A program made the translations under genes and the position numbers. The notes beneath the pieces were generated by a model. The model was given only the letters and a program-made list of their open reading frames with translations, had not been told where the DNA came from and made no database searches. Below, piece after piece: positions 39,211 to 53,456 of a stretch of DNA of 64,000 nucleotides. The DNA is taken from contig CM120646.1 in NCBI GenBank assembly GCA_051362555.1, positions 13,702,001 through 13,766,000 of the forward strand, read 5' to 3'. The stretch's first letter is position 1, and the number at the start of each line of letters is the position of its first letter. This DNA is from Lingula anatina (lineage: Eukaryota > Animalia > Brachiopoda).

Positions 39211-41113
39211 CTGTGGCATGTGGAATACATGAGAAGAATAAATCGGTAAAGGTAGTGTATTAAAATGGTGATGTGAATGGATATAATGCTGTACACACTG
39301 GTGCAATATTGGTGAAACATACAAACACATGGAAAACAGAGACGAACACATCGGGTATAGGACATTGGTGACATGAGTGGGGTATAATTATACCATACAC
39401 ATTTAGTACAATATAACTGAAACAGGCATGCATGGGGAAAACACTGTATGTGTGTTATGCCACATGCTATGACATAACATTGATAAATACATAAATGACA
39501 GCTGTCTACAGCTTTTTTGTAGCTGAAACAAATACTTTACCATTATTTCTTTCATTTTTCCCTTTTGCCACTAATGATGTTAGCTAGCACAAACTGACAT
39601 AAACACTAAAACAGATGAAAGCATGCTTAGAATGGTCACTAATGATCATAGTAACACTGACAGTAAATAGTCTAACAGAAGTGACCAACTGTTCCCTTAG
39701 AATTTCAAATCTTAATCATCTGGTCATTAAGACTACATACAGTTTTTATAACTTTCAGCTATTAGTTTGAAACTCTCAGTGCTTTCTAAACATTTCTCTT
39801 CAACATCTTTGGATGCTGACATAGCAAAGATGAAGCTTTGCTGTAGATTAATACACCAATGAAGCAGGTAATATATAATATTTACTTTTCTACACAATAC
39901 ACTATATACTATCTGGAATCTAAATCCAACCAGGGCTTCATTCCTTATTTAAAAATGTATGAATTTAAAACTAATATTGACATTATCATATAAAAATTAT
40001 CTTAAATTATCACAGCCATTTGCCTGAACAAAAAGCACCTGACAAATTTGTCAATTGACTCAAATATGGAGTAGTAGTTTTAGAACTTTATGGAGGTTTT
40101 AAGAGCCTAGAAATGTATAGAAACTGAATCAGTGAACTGGTTATTTGAAGATATCTCACCTCAAACTTTCAAGTAAGTGTGCTAGATGCTGCTGGTCACT
40201 TGCAGATACATAGCTTTCACTTTCACTGGGATTATTAAAATCATATTATTATTCAAAGTGTTTTTGTAAAAAGAACAAAACATTTCAACCTTCACTTTCA
40301 GTGCTCCTCTGACTACAATTATTCACCATTATTAAAATAAGATCATTTATATGACCAGTGATAAATAAAAGGTATTATAACTTACATTGGCTAAAAGCAT
40401 ATGCTTGGTTTTAGTTTCACATTTTTCTCAATTTCCACAAATTTCTCTTGCAGACAAATTTTTAAAAAGACTGTGATGATCGCCAATAATTGTGAAAATG
40501 GTACAGTGCCCAATTCTACACCTAAAATTCATTTGTTAATAATTTTCATATCTGTAAGTTTACATATCTTCTTTCTCACTTGCTTAATGCCTATTACCTA
40601 ACACACTACTCTTACTGCAACATCTCATTTTACTTCAAGATCTACAGAATTCATATCATCACACAAGTTATCATATAATACATTCTAGCAAGCTAGTATG
40701 CAAATTCTACAGTGCCAGCAGACCTTCAAGTTAAAAATCATTTCAAGAATTTTATACCACGGTATTAAATAGTCATTTGAGACTTTAACCTGAAATATTC
40801 TTTAATAAAAAGCCAAATAGGATTTCCAATTTGAAAAAAAAAAAAAAAAAAAAATGGAAGGGCATGGGGAAATTTTTTAAAACATGCATAATAATATTAT
40901 ATAACATATCATGCACAGTAAGTAAAAAACTGTGCAGCAACTGTGCCAAATGTTACCATGCACATTCAAGGTGAATAAAAAAATTCCTATCCCAAACCCA
41001 ACTTGAATATAAGTTATTAACTTTAAAAAAATAAAATGATTAAACTAGCATCAACATTATATCTTATATTTCTTCTGCTTTTTTATCTTTTACAATTTCA
41101 ATGAATGAATGAA

Positions 41114-41176
<63 letters not shown>

Positions 41177-44100
41177 AATGATGATTTTATGATTAATCAT
41201 TTGTTAAAATTCAGTAAGAATGGATACCTTTTACACATTTATCATCAAATTATGTATGCTATCAATATTTTGGTAATATAAAATGAAAAATCAACAATCA
41301 ACAGTAAAAATATCAGTTAAAAACCATAACCAGTTACTAACTACATCATGAACTATATCCAATGCATTCAAATAAAGGGGATCTATATGATACATGCACA
41401 TCAATAGCTGTAATACATGCCCATATATATATATATATCAATAACACTTATGCTAAGTTCAACACTGATATTTCTCAGCAAAACTAACATTGATGTTACA
41501 ACAGAAATGTATTATATAAAGGATTTTTGTTGATAAAGTACTTGATAATATCCTCTTACCATCCCAACCTGTTATCCCTGGGTTACAAAACAGAAGCATA
41601 TATATATAATATATTAATGCATTAAGAGATAAATGGATAAACCACACAGTGTCAAGATTCATAGATTCTTAGGAAAAGCACATAAACAAACATGGTGAAA
41701 GACTTGGAAGTAAATTTTGAAGCTAAGCTTTATGGAACAAATGCAGAAGAAAGAGCAGAGAATATCCACACGTTATTTCAAAAAATGTTTATTTTTTTAT
41801 GTTAAATATTTCATTTTGCAAAAGCTGTAATGTTTACTTCCTATCTGGCTTAGAATTGACAAATTCACCATGTCTGTATATTATATAGGTATAAAAAGTA
41901 TTTGCATTAGGGAAGATCACAGTGATATTTGCAAGCTCATGAATTAAATTGAAAATTGATAATTATTGGTGGGAAACTGCAATTGTATCAATTTGAAATT
42001 AGATTTCTGTATGTTCAGAAAAAAAGGGCATGTTTTTCATGATTTTTTTTTCTTTGAAGAAAACTGGATTCTCTATCTCTTCAAGGTATAAGAAGAGTAG
42101 ATTACATTTCACAATAACAAGTTAAGAGCATATGAATTAACATGACACTTTTGGGGGTGAAATATAGTGACAGAAGAATATAATCTATTTTACAATTAAT
42201 CATTTGTGAAAACATAAATTCCAGGCCTTCATTCTTCGTAAAAAAATGACATTCAATTTAATTCCAGTTACTATTTATGCCAACATATTTTGCAATTTAC
42301 ACAAATATCAATTAAAATCTGTATTACTAATCTACTTCATTAACAAGCTCAATATGCCAAAAGTTATGAAGAAAGCATTAGATGGGCAAACCTTGTAGAT
42401 AACAATTCAAAATTCTGTGCAGAGCCATACAATGATGGCTATTCCACAAAAACCATACACTTGTGCACCATTTTACTATTACACACACACTTGCCTACCA
42501 CAAATTCCATGCATTGGCATGTTGCATATGTTCGGCATATGTGCATGCATTTGCATAGTGAATACTTACATTCCTATCTTGTCATCCTTGTCCGGGTCCT
42601 TGTCATAGACTCTGACTTCCAGTATCTGACCCATACGCTGGTCAATGATGGCCTAAAAAAGAAAAACCAATTGAAAAAGAAGAAAAAATTCACAATAACC
42701 TTCAAACATTCTGGAGCATACCTACTTATTTCAATTTTTACTTCATGTGTGCTCATGCAGGCATAGACAACATATTTATAGAAATATACAAACTTTGTAT
42801 GTTTAACATAGTTACTGTAGAGATAGAATGAGGTTGTCATGATGCTAAGAGCACAAGCAGGAATAACTTTATATACACTTCAATTCTTGTGATTATTACT
42901 TGAAATTTCCCTTAACAGTCTGCATATTGTTTAATATGTCATGCTGATTCACATTCCTGAAAGTCACTTATGCATTTCTTCATGTTTTTACAGCATTTTA
43001 ATTCAATACATGACTTCTTTAAAAATTCATAGACTGCTTTACCTCAAAGAATTGGTTCCATGTTGGGTTGAGTTCATTATTTATCACTTTCGTCTTAAAA
43101 TCTTGAGCACCAACTGTAAAGAAATAAAACTAAAACATTACACCTCAGAATAACAGGATAGGCCAGTGGGTTCTTTTTTTTTAAATACCATTTCAATATT
43201 AATACACCAATTTATTACTTGAAATATAATAATGGGGAAAAGAAGCTAAGGAGAGAGAGAGAGAGAGAGTTCTAACCTCTGAGCTTGCAGTATGGGTCAG
43301 ATTTGCCCTTCCCTATGAACGCAATGTCAGCCTTCATCAGGTCTTTGGCACCAACAACATGGATACGGAGCACACCCTAAGTATTTGGATAGTGAAAATA
43401 AAATTATAAAGGCAAAATTATAAAAGCAAACTGTCAACAGAAAACTGTAAAAAATTGTATCTAAATACAAGAAGTTGAATTCAAGATTAAAAAAAAAAAT
43501 TAAATTAAAAACAAAAATGAAGAAAACAAATCAACTAAAAATCATGTTAGTTTATTATACATACCAAAAAAAAAAAAAAAATGCTGCACTTTCAACTTAC
43601 TTGTGGTAGTGGCTATTTGAGTAGGTTTGACTTACCTGTGGGAGAGGGTATTTGAGGAGGCTTGACTTACCTGTGGGAGAGGGTATTTAAGAAGGCTGAT
43701 TTCAGCCTGTTGGCACAGCTGTATGGGGAGTTTATTTGGCAGTACCATCATAGCAGCTATTTGATCTCGAATGGCATGATGAAGGATACCACTGAAATCA
43801 CAAAATTAAAAAAAAAAAAAAAACATTACTAAAATTTAGAATTCAAAAGAGTATATGTTTTCCTTTTTTCAGTTGTATTAATTTAGCAGAGAAAGGCTGA
43901 GTTAGAGAGGAAGCTTAAAGCAGTTGGGGCAAGAGTGACAGGATTGTGATAGAAGAATGAATTTGAGAGATCTTTAAGGTGACAAATTGATACTGTGTGT
44001 AAACTAACTAAAAGTGCACTCTATTAAACTTAAATCCTCTATTAAGTTGGACTGACATCGAGGTAATAACCAATGAATTCAAATCCATAATATTTTATTG

Positions 44101-47100
44101 TTATCATTAGGACTCTACTGTGAAAAATAGCTGTAATGAGCATTTAAGATCACACTGTAATTTTGATTTTCCTTTTTTTTTGATATTTTGGCAGCAATCT
44201 CTTGAATTGACTTAAATTGTTAACAATATTAACATTGTCTCTTTCCGTAGCAGTCAAAGGTACAAGCACAATGAGTTTATTGGGCATGCATGAGCCATTT
44301 AAGATAACAGCGGAGTGTAAGGGTCAAAAACCAAACTGGACAAAGAAACAAATTCAGTAACTACAATTGGGTTTTGGAGAAACAGTGTATATATCTTATA
44401 CCGATAAATCTTAAGGATTTTGGTTACCATTCATATATTTCATCTTACAAACAATATGACACTTTTCCAAAGTTTATATGCTACTGAATCAGTGGCAAAT
44501 CTTATTTCAGAATCTATCCTTGAGGTATAATACTTTCTTGGGATAAAATGCAATCAACCATAGTCATATCTTTGAAAGTGATTATCTTACGTGGACAAAT
44601 TCCACTGGGATAACAATTATTGCCAGCAAATGCTCATTTGATTTACAAAAGATTGGAATAAAAGAGCTACTGAATCACAGAATTGCTAAAGCACTGTGCA
44701 GACTGGCGAGAATGCTTTTTCCGTAGTTCATAAATGAGAAAAACAAGTTGCTACCTTATATCAGATATATCTTCACTGAAACTAGAAATGAGAGTGTTAA
44801 AGAGAGAAAAAAAAAATGACAGTAGCAGATTAAGATGCATTGATTCATATTTCAAAATTATCTTCATGCTAAACTCTCTGTCCTCAACATCACATCCCAT
44901 TTTCCTTTTAAAAATAGTTCATTTGAAAGGCCATTAACAGTTTCTGATTAAACCTTTCTCTTTGACTTTCACTGTTTATTCCATAAAGAAATGTGACTCT
45001 CTGACTCACAACAGTGATGCACTCGGTTTGTGTTATATTTGCATAACAACTTTTCATCAAACAGAAAAAAAGCTCCCTTCAAAATTCTGTAAAATTTTAC
45101 ACAAAATATGAATGCCAGCATAACTCTGAAATTCACTTTTTCATGTTATGATGTGCAAATCACAGCATTGTGTTAGATAAGAAAGAATTTAGAGTCTCAA
45201 CGCAATCTTCCTTTCTACCATGACTCCTCTAACACAATGAAATAAAACTACCACCCACCTTAGACCAGGGATGTCCAGTGCATTGGCCACATTGGTCAAA
45301 TTAAAATCTATCATCTGTAAAAAGGACTCATTTTAAATGTTGTATAAAAATTAAAAATTAAATCCACAGTTTTGTTTATCAATATGCAAGACTGAGTTAA
45401 TTTGAGGTTGTTTTAAGCAAATATAATTATTTAATATTATATTTTTTTCCACAATCAACTTTAAATGGTTACTATCTGGATATAAATACACACAAATTTT
45501 TATCATGGTGGAGTTTGTGGTGTTAAAAAGTTTGTAAAAAAATCATAGCTCATTTCAACCAAGATTAACAAACCATTTTGCTAACTTCAAAACATCAGAA
45601 TTGGCTCATCCAAAAGTTAATAAAATTCACACAAATTATAATTTTTTACTTAAAATTTACACCAGACTTAAGCAAAAGTCTCTCATGAAAAAAAAAAATG
45701 AAATTAAATGTGTGCTATCAATGATACTACGTATAAATAAATGAAATGAAATCTCATATAAAAGAAATATCTCCAAAATCAAGAGAACTGTACTCACAGG
45801 TCTGTTAAGGAAGAAGACAGTTATTCCCCCAATCATAGGCATGACACTTATCAATGGTTTAAAGACAATACGCAGGGTACCACGTAGCTGAGGACAGAAA
45901 TTGATCATTATATTACACTCACAATATAATTTGGTCATTCTACTTTCTTTTTCCTATAATAAGACTAGTCACCCAACTTAAAATCTCCATCCTCGTCTCT
46001 GGAAGTCAGTGCCAATTTTTTAATAAGATGAACTTTAACAGTAATTCTGACATTTGCCAGGAATGGCTATGAAATATAGCATACTTCCCATGGTGGCTAT
46101 ATTTTGAGAAAAGTTCATTAGAAAAACATTAAAAGTTCATTAGAAAGACATGAAAACATAACATGCATAACTTTCTCTTACATTTTTATATACCTCATCA
46201 TTAAAAAAATCATTTGGGATATATCTTTGACGTCTTGGCAATCAGATTGGACCTTCTCCATGAAGTTACCCAGTTTTTTTTCCCACTTTAAATTTTTAAA
46301 CTTTTTATTCAGTCACTTTTTTTTTCATTTTCTCTGTATATTTACCTGCAGATCTTTAATTCCTGCCTGTATTCCTTTCACTTTCACCCTAATGTCCGAG
46401 TCACTGGCATAACTGAAATAAAAAAAAAATAAATAACATGTCAAAAAAGAAATTATTTCAGCAAGAACAAACTAGATATAAACCCTGTGTTTTTCCTTTT
46501 TTCCACATATATACATACATTATACAGACATACATTAAATAAAAAACCTCTGCATCTAAATTTTTTAATTGCCTAGTACACGTTTTCTCCTATCTTTCCA
46601 ACGTTTTAACAAAATCTTTTAAAACTTCATTCATTTGGTATATTTCTATAGATGTCAGAATATGTTAAAGAGTAAAGATAACCCCAAGTTTCAGTTTACT
46701 GGAAACTAACCTAGAAACAGCAAAACTATGCCAGTATTCGCTGACGTATTTAGGCTAGTTAACAGTGCCTCTATTAAACTTGAGGCAGTCACAACTTCAA
46801 GTATATTTACAGCATACCGTTTTACTCTTACTATATATCAGACATTCATCTCAACTTTTTTCTAATAATTTCTACTCACAATATATCCATATCTAGCACA
46901 ATTTCATCCCTACGGACATTTTCTGTGTAAACCTTGACTCCCCCGATTCTTGGAGCCTGAAGAAATTTTGAAAAATTATTAAATTTTATGTGAAATACAC
47001 GTAGCCAAATTACAATCATGCTACCAGGTTACCAGTTAAATTATTTTAAGAATATTTAAGTAATTGCCACTGAACTTGCAGGCTCATGGCTGATATATTT

Positions 47101-47626
47101 TGGTTCAAACATATTAATTTCCATTTCAGTACATTTGGGAAAAAATGCAGTCTGTAAAACATATTATTAACCTGAATATTATATCATGAAAATATAATGA
47201 TCCTGATTCCAGACTGACTTTATTTGTATAGTTTTTTTTATTGAATCTGAACAGCTGAGCTGCAACCTTAGATTAAAAATGGAACATCCTTGGGCAATTA
47301 CAGAACCGATACCTCTATGCCAAGTACTTTAATGCCTCTAAAGATAATCTGGTGCAGAAAGTTTTTTTAAAATCCTTGGTCCAATATTTATGGAACAAAG
47401 TAATATAATAAATAGACAGGCTATATACAAAATACTTACAATATCCCCCATGTCAATTTTTTCAAATTTAAAAGACTTCAGTGATGGTGGCAGGTTGTTT
47501 ATTATACTGGGTTCAATGGTGTTCCTAAGTAAGTCGTCTGTATATTTCCCAACAAATGGCCAAATCTGCCGTATCATCTAAACAGAAAACAAAAGAAAGC
47601 TTAAATATGGACGGATGGATGGATGA

Positions 47627-47665
<39 letters not shown>

Positions 47666-48446
47666 AATTGCAGGAAGGGAAGAGGCACCTAAACGCACCA
47701 GATCGAAATTAATTTCAATATCCACTTCAAGACTTTGATATTTGTTTATAGTTTGAATTAGGTGATGCAGTTCAATATAATGAAAGAGAAGCCAGAATAT
47801 CAGAACAAATGCGATGGTTTTAAGCAGCCATCATCATGAATCTGGCACAAGCTTTAATGAGATGACGTTAGCAGAACCCCAATCAGCTGAAATATTCCGT
47901 ATGCTATTTATGTTGTCTCCCAGCCAGACCAAAATTCCACATCTTTTCTCTCTCTGATAACTATACTAATACCTTATTCAACCACTCTGCTCTCTCCACA
48001 TCTGGGAAAAACACCTAAAAATAGAAAGAAAAAATATTTTCACCAACATGCCACGACATCCTGACAGCAGCTACTGCTGCTGTGTGCTCCTAAGGTTTTC
48101 ACTGGAATTTCAGTTTTTAATTAATGAAAAGTAGGACTGTGCACATGTTTGTACATACTTCTGGTTCACATGAATAACTTTTTGTGCAAAATAGTTCAAT
48201 TTAGGGTTTAAATTTGGAAGATTCTCTTTTATTAATATCATAATAGTTGGGTAATTTCATATGAATGAACTCTTCTGTATGTTGTTCACAAACTGGTGGG
48301 GTTATAAAAAGGAATATAACACATCATATATTGGGATTGATGAGTCAAATCTCATGGTAAATCATTTAAACTTAATACTGAAACTTCATAATTACCAAAA
48401 TAGAAGTGACTCAAGCCTTGTTTTTATAAAAAAAAAAAAAGCAAGC

Positions 48447-48486
<40 letters not shown>

Positions 48487-51400
48487 AAAAGAGACTGTCA
48501 AAGTAAGATAAATATGAATCGTATACCTCTTAAATTGCTCCTCCATACATAAGACACCGGGTAATAAGGGGTTAAGAAAATTTGTACTGAAGATAGTGAT
48601 GACCTCTCGAGGACAACTGTTAAACTAACAGTGATAACAGTGATAACCTCACGTCTATTGTCTTAAACCAGAAGAATGCACTTCAATAAATGCCAGCATA
48701 CTATCAGTTAAAGTCACACCAATTACCTCTAGAATAATATTTAGGTATTTGGAATGTGCCATATTATTATTTCAGTATATTCACAGAGACCAATTTCTGA
48801 ACAATGAAAAATTTGATCCTCTTTATGGCTGTTGTATTTTTTCAATCTTTGGTATTTACCGTCTAAAATAGAGGTTTTATCAATAATAATAAAAAAATTA
48901 TAACTGAAATTGAGTTCCCTATAACATTTTCTTTTATTGTCATATCAAATTCATGTATACCTCAAATCTCATGCCATGCGTGTTTGTGCATGCACGTATT
49001 TGTGGCTACTCGATATTCATCATTGATTGTATACTAAATCAAACCAATGATTTTGGATCAGGTTATATTTTTCAGTTTTTTTTTTCAGCTGCAGCAGCAT
49101 GATCTCTTGCTTAGGAGTGATGTAAGAGGCATTATGGTGCTTTGTGTGCCTGATCAATATCACTTCTGTCAGAAAAAAATGCAGATTACTATCATGGTCA
49201 ATATTCAAGCTTTAACTAAGTACAGGTTCACTAGAATTTTAAGTTCAGCTTAGAACTCTTGAAATTTACAGTCCTAACAACAAGTGGAGAAAAAAACAAA
49301 ATAATATATTCTACCCAGAACACTAGGGTTATATCCTAAAATTTTCCTACTCCTCATTTTCTCTAACATTTTTACTTTTTCCAAATGTATCATTTTCAGA
49401 GACTCAAAAAAAAAAAAAAAAAAAGAAAAGAAAAAAAATCTGATAATAAGCCAGGTATCTTTTCAAAACACTTGAATCAACATTTTTTTTTTTTTGAGTA
49501 AATTTTCAAGTCATGATGCTCAAATTTATTACACAATTATTTTTTTCGCCGACACTGCAGCCAAGCATATCCGCAGGACAAAGATTTACTAGTAATCTAA
49601 CATTTTGTTAACTGTTGCCATTTCAACCACACATACAACTTGATACAAGGTAGGTTGAGACCTCAAATCCCATTTAATGCTCTACAGGTAACATTATCAA
49701 ACCATTACCATTAAACGTACATACAGGTATGACACTTTAGTAGGACCACTATAATACTATCCTATATTACAACTCCCTATGCCTTTCACCTCTTTAAGAC
49801 TAGGTCATAGTTAACCAACAGCACACTATTATGTGATGTAGAGTAAGTTCTTTGGTTCGGATTATCATCACCATATCAACTACACAGGTATATTGACATA
49901 ATATTGCTCCAGGTATACAAATCATTTAATGTATTATAGGAGTGTGCACAAACTACAAAACTTCACAACCTTGAATTCAAGGGTGAAAATGTGATATGGC
50001 TTATTTTGTAGCTTCTTGTTATTTGTTTGTCGATCCATTTGTTCATTTTCGTTTCTAATGAAATTTGAATACTTACCCTGGTATATTAAACCGTATACAC
50101 CGTGTTTATCTTGAGATAAAAAAAAAAAAATTGGTTACAGTAGAATTTTAAGCACAAGGCAGTATTAAATTCCACTTTCTTTTCTACTTTAATTTTTTTT
50201 CAAATGAATAAGCCATGCCATAAGCCACATTATATATAAATAAAAAAATTATAAAAAATAACGGGGGGTACTAAGGAGTCGATTAACCTTTCAACATCAA
50301 ATTATAGATTAACTCTGCTGGAATTGCCTCAGGTGAATCTGACATATGTCACAGTTGGACAAATGATATATACATAATACTAATTTAATATAAACAGAAG
50401 AAGGGTCAGACAGACAGACAATTTTGCAAATGTTCTGGTAAAAAAGCAATTTTGTACAATGCAGTGAATGTAGCCACATATGCTGAGCTAAGACAACTGT
50501 ACAGAAACCTATTGTGTGGTTTATCTCAATCATCAATCTAGAAACCAATTGAGATGTTTAAGAGCCTCATATCAATAAAGCAACAGCGCATGTGTTCCCT
50601 GTAATATAGTTGAATTGATGTTTGTTTACATCATGTTGAATAATACAGTGCCCTTATTATGTATACGCTGAATCATAACGCGGGGCTGCTTGACATATTG
50701 AAACATGTATACTAGTACATGATTTACCTGTGCTGAGGTTGCAGGTGACAGGAACCTAGATACTGTAATAAATAAATAAAGAGAACCACCTTCAACTGGT
50801 CATGACCCCCATTTTTGTCCCAATTTCACCTCCACCCATCACAGTGAACAGGTATTTTTTTATGGTCACCAAGTGACAAGGGCATTTTTAAAAGGAATGC
50901 AAAGGAATACTTTAACAAGGCTGAAACTAGGCACCAACAGCAGCTGGTATAGATATACTACAAATATGAGTGAAGAGTTCTGATAAATCTTGGTTTCATA
51001 TTGATTAAATACATATATGTAGTTTACAGAATCAAACCCATAATAATTTTGGTCTTGACTGTTCATTGCCATCTTAGTCTGGGTTGACTATGGAATTGTA
51101 AACTTTGCAAAAAATACTAATCACATTTTCATTAGGCAGTAAGTGTAAAATATTTCACTATTTTTGTTAAAGCTGTACTCGGTTTAACATTTTCTTTGGC
51201 TGAATCCTTTCCAGTCATTTACTAGTATCTGAAAAGAAATTACTAGCAGCCCAGAAAAAGGCCTGTCCAACTTACCATAAGTAAGTTTGACATCAATTAC
51301 CTTGCAATTTCCCATTAGTGTTGATAATTGCAAGAGCTGTCAAAAAAAAAAAAAAAAGATGAAAACTCAAAAAAAGAAAAATAAATTCTTTTAGTCTTGT

Positions 51401-53440
51401 TCAATAGATATCCCTTACTAGTACTAGTAAATCCATACCAGTATTTAATAATGGCAAAACTATATCAATACGAAAGCTTGTAAGTTTTTGCCTTCAGACA
51501 GCATCAAGGTTGCCTATAAATCAACAACCACAGACAACATGTAGTAATTGGCAGTCCAGGAAACTTTAGGATATTTTGGGGAAATGTTGAGAAAGGTCAG
51601 ACAAAATGGTATAATACCAGTTGCTGCACAGAAAACCAATGCTGCCAACCAATTCCTTGCCTCTTTATCTGTTTAATTTTCTTTTAAGTACTATAATTAT
51701 TATTTTCATCTTCACATTTTAGTAAACTTCACCCTTTTGAATTTTATTTTAAATAAATCACTGTTATCACTTTTACTGTTATTATAGTCATTATTATCAT
51801 TACTATTGATTTTAAACATCTGAGCCATTGGCACAACCCTATATATATACTCAGTTCTGAGAAAAGTACTTATAGCACCCAAGCCTAGCCAAATCTTTAC
51901 TAAACAGCTTCTTTAAAGAGGAAGGTTAAATCTGATCAAAGTGAGAGAAGAGATAACAACTATCCCACCTGTTTTGTTTATTTTTACCTGACAGCTCTTG
52001 CTACTACCTACCTGGCCACAGTGGTTCACTTATGTTCTTATATAATATATGTACAGCACAGTGGATAAATGAGTGGTCAACATAGGGGGTTATTTCTGGA
52101 AAACTATTGATTTATGAAAGAAACACATTGAAAAGAAAGATGCATGGCTGTAAAATAACTTGAACGTACGGGTATACACAAAGTGATAGCTGGCAGAGAT
52201 GTAAATCATATGTGCTTGTGTCAGGATATTTTCAGTTCACCTGTTTGGGAAATTTTATATCCAATGCAAGTCTCAATTAAATGTTTGATTGCTATTTCCC
52301 CCCCTTTAAATTTATGTTGCAGTCTGCAATATTTTATGTCTGCATTGCGAGTATGAATTAAACTTTTTTCTTGTTTACCTTCAAATATATAAACTGTAGC
52401 CAAGGATATAAATTTATGCTTGCATTAAGCAAAACAGATACCTACACCCGAGTCTGCAAATGATGGTACTTTATGCAAAACTCAAGCTGCATAATATTTT
52501 TCTTAATATTAATCAGTAATCACGCATTATATTGACTCAGTGTAACCACCAGCAACTTTACCATGTGATACATTACGTCATTCCACATTTTGCTTGCCAT
52601 GCATATGATGGCCATAACCATGAAAATAATAGTGACAAAATTATTTTTTCCTATATGTTAGTTTTATGCAGCTAGAAGTCTGTCAATGTTTAGGACTTTT
52701 ATTATCATTTAGAACAGAATAATATACAAATAAATTCCAATTTATGTTGTGATTCTATACTTGATCATATTACTGGTACTCACATTTATTTCCATTCAAG
52801 ATTGCTTTTTTATTTTTAAATGACAATGTTCATTTTATTTCTGTACAGGAATCACTGGACCCTTATTTATTTATAGATGCATATACTCGCCACACGTTCA
52901 CTTTGCACTGCTCCATAATATTCACAAGTACTAAAAATTCAATTAACTCTTAGTGTTGCACTTTCAGTTGACAAACACCTTGCAATTGTCACCATTAGGA
53001 TACGATCCCAACTTCTTTAGGGCAAACAGTACACTACAAATAATATGTTTCTTAGTTTGCATGGTGTCACATTGATAATAAAACTATTAGCAGTACTTTT
53101 AGTGGTATTTCAAATAATAAGGGCATCTGAAAATGATAGTACATGTACTACATACCCATGAAGGCAAATCTTCGACTCTTGCCAATATTTCATCCTTCTC
53201 ATTCTTCGCTGAAAACTGGGCGATCTCAGTCTGGAGCTTTTTTCTCCTCTGGTATGTCTCATTCCACATAAAGATGAAGAGACCGAGGAGGATCCAACTG
53301 ACGCTGAAGTCGAAATAGCCCATTATCCAGACGAGTAGGAGGAGGGCGACCAGTTTCAAATACCGCACCACCAACTGCAAGATCGTCGTGTCTCCCTTCG
53401 CTGGGGGTGGAGGTGCAACCTGCGACTGGTTATCAGCCAT
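19143..53440 (-). CDS. ESYT2: Extended synaptotagmin (ESYT2/3-type: membrane hairpin, SMP, C2A-C2B-C2C), 805 aa, 22 coding exons
   Basis: Exons 5'->3': 53440-53156, 48014-47973, 47577-47440, 46956-46880, 46412-46346, 45887-45798, 45314-45259, 43791-43671, 43376-43277, 43113-43043, 42652-42570, 38936-38888, 37974-37885, 33687-33598, 31227-31063, 30679-30530, 30225-30072, 29533-29404, 29093-28989, 20747-20613, 19609-19454, 19206-19143. All are GT-AG with consistent phases, 2418 nt in total. Diagnostic motifs: DLPSWVFFPDVERAEWLNK, APRIGGVKVY, MVLPNKLPI, GKSDPYC, YDKDPDKDD, LGKIQITIRYS, DPFVRLYLLPD. ESYT2 versus ESYT3 orthology is inferred partly from synteny. Confidence 0.95.
19578..19932 (-). 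repeat. 62-bp tandem repeat (about 6 units) spanning the ESYT exon-21 acceptor
   Basis: Units start at 19578, 19640, 19702, 19764, 19826, 19888. Each has 32 nt of exon plus 30 nt of intron including TTTATTTCAG; the last unit is shorter on the intron side. Confidence 0.95.
20180..20550. mobile_element. Older copy of the hairpin MITE family of 327-557, interrupted by the hAT MITE
   Basis: 20400-20550 (attaccccctagctgctt..ggcatgtcagacaattaag..tttagcaagaatccc..ggtcttag) aligns with 430-559. Confidence 0.55.
20225..20380. mobile_element. hAT-type MITE (8-bp TSD)
   Basis: TIR CAGTGTT/AACACTG; perfect TSD ATCAGTGG at 20217-20224 and 20381-20388. Confidence 0.8.
24020..27465 (+). mobile_element. 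Composite Helentron/HINE-like satellite-carrying elements, duplicated with about 1.78-kb period
   Basis: About 160-bp tandem units (25101, 25261, 25420, 25581; again about 26892-27250), then a (GACGGC)n microsatellite, then a perfect 14-bp hairpin TATGTACAGACACA-tc-TGTGTCTGTACATA followed by an A-run (25792-25821, 27430-27459; imperfect near 26022-26051). Block 24281-26056 recurs from 26057. Confidence 0.7.
27646..27768 (+). repeat. G-rich 36-bp minisatellite (about 3 units), G-quadruplex-capable
   Basis: ggggtgacttggggtgggtagggtgtgggtggtaag repeated. Confidence 0.85.
29301..29350. repeat. (GA)n microsatellite
   Basis: Seen directly. Confidence 0.95.
31983..32026. repeat. (CA)n microsatellite
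   Basis: Seen directly. Confidence 0.95.
32307..32540. mobile_element. Small TIR element (AGACATGGTGAAA ends); related ends at about 41688-41880
   Basis: agacatggtgaaa at 32311 and tttcaccatgtct at 32523; acatggtgaaa and ttcaccatgtct recur at 41690 and about 41864. Confidence 0.5.
32645..32852. mobile_element. Fold-back (MITE-like) element with about 60-bp imperfect inverted arms
   Basis: gactaacagatc..acttgaaagctt (about 32663-32722) pairs with aagctttcaagt..gatctgttagtc (about 32777-32836). Confidence 0.6.
38250..38761. mobile_element. PIF/Harbinger (Tourist-like) MITE
   Basis: About 50-bp TIR AGGGGCCCGCACA(C/T)GGTGAGCATT..; TTA TSD at 38247-38249 and 38762-38764; GC-rich against AT-rich flanks. 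Confidence 0.85.
38981..39041. repeat. (AAT)n microsatellite
   Basis: Seen directly. Confidence 0.95.
39136..39210. repeat. Compound (CT)n(AT)n microsatellite
   Basis: Seen directly. Confidence 0.95.
41110..41177. repeat. (TAAA)n microsatellite
   Basis: Seen directly; similar tracts at about 47627-47667 and 61445-61515. Confidence 0.95.
43594..43697 (-). repeat. 35-bp tandem repeat (3 units) spanning the ESYT exon-8 donor
   Basis: cttac (donor GTAAG on -) at 43596, 43631 and 43666, each followed by a copy of the exon end (ctgtgggagagggtattt; more degenerate in the 43596 unit). Confidence 0.9.
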
Positions 53441-53456
53441 GCCTACGTTTTGGTAA

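Noticed and set aside
39792-39840. 49-nt AG..GT segment of the same size and phase as ESYT exon 12 (possible mutually exclusive exon)
   Set aside because: Weak GTTTAG donor, poor pyrimidine tract, and the peptide KASSLLCQHPKMLKRN shows no similarity to exon 12.
49970-50038. Possible alternative first exon of ESYT lacking the membrane hairpin (MDRQTNNKKLQNKPYHIFTLEFK)
   Set aside because: In phase, but the GTTGTG donor is weak and nothing else supports it.
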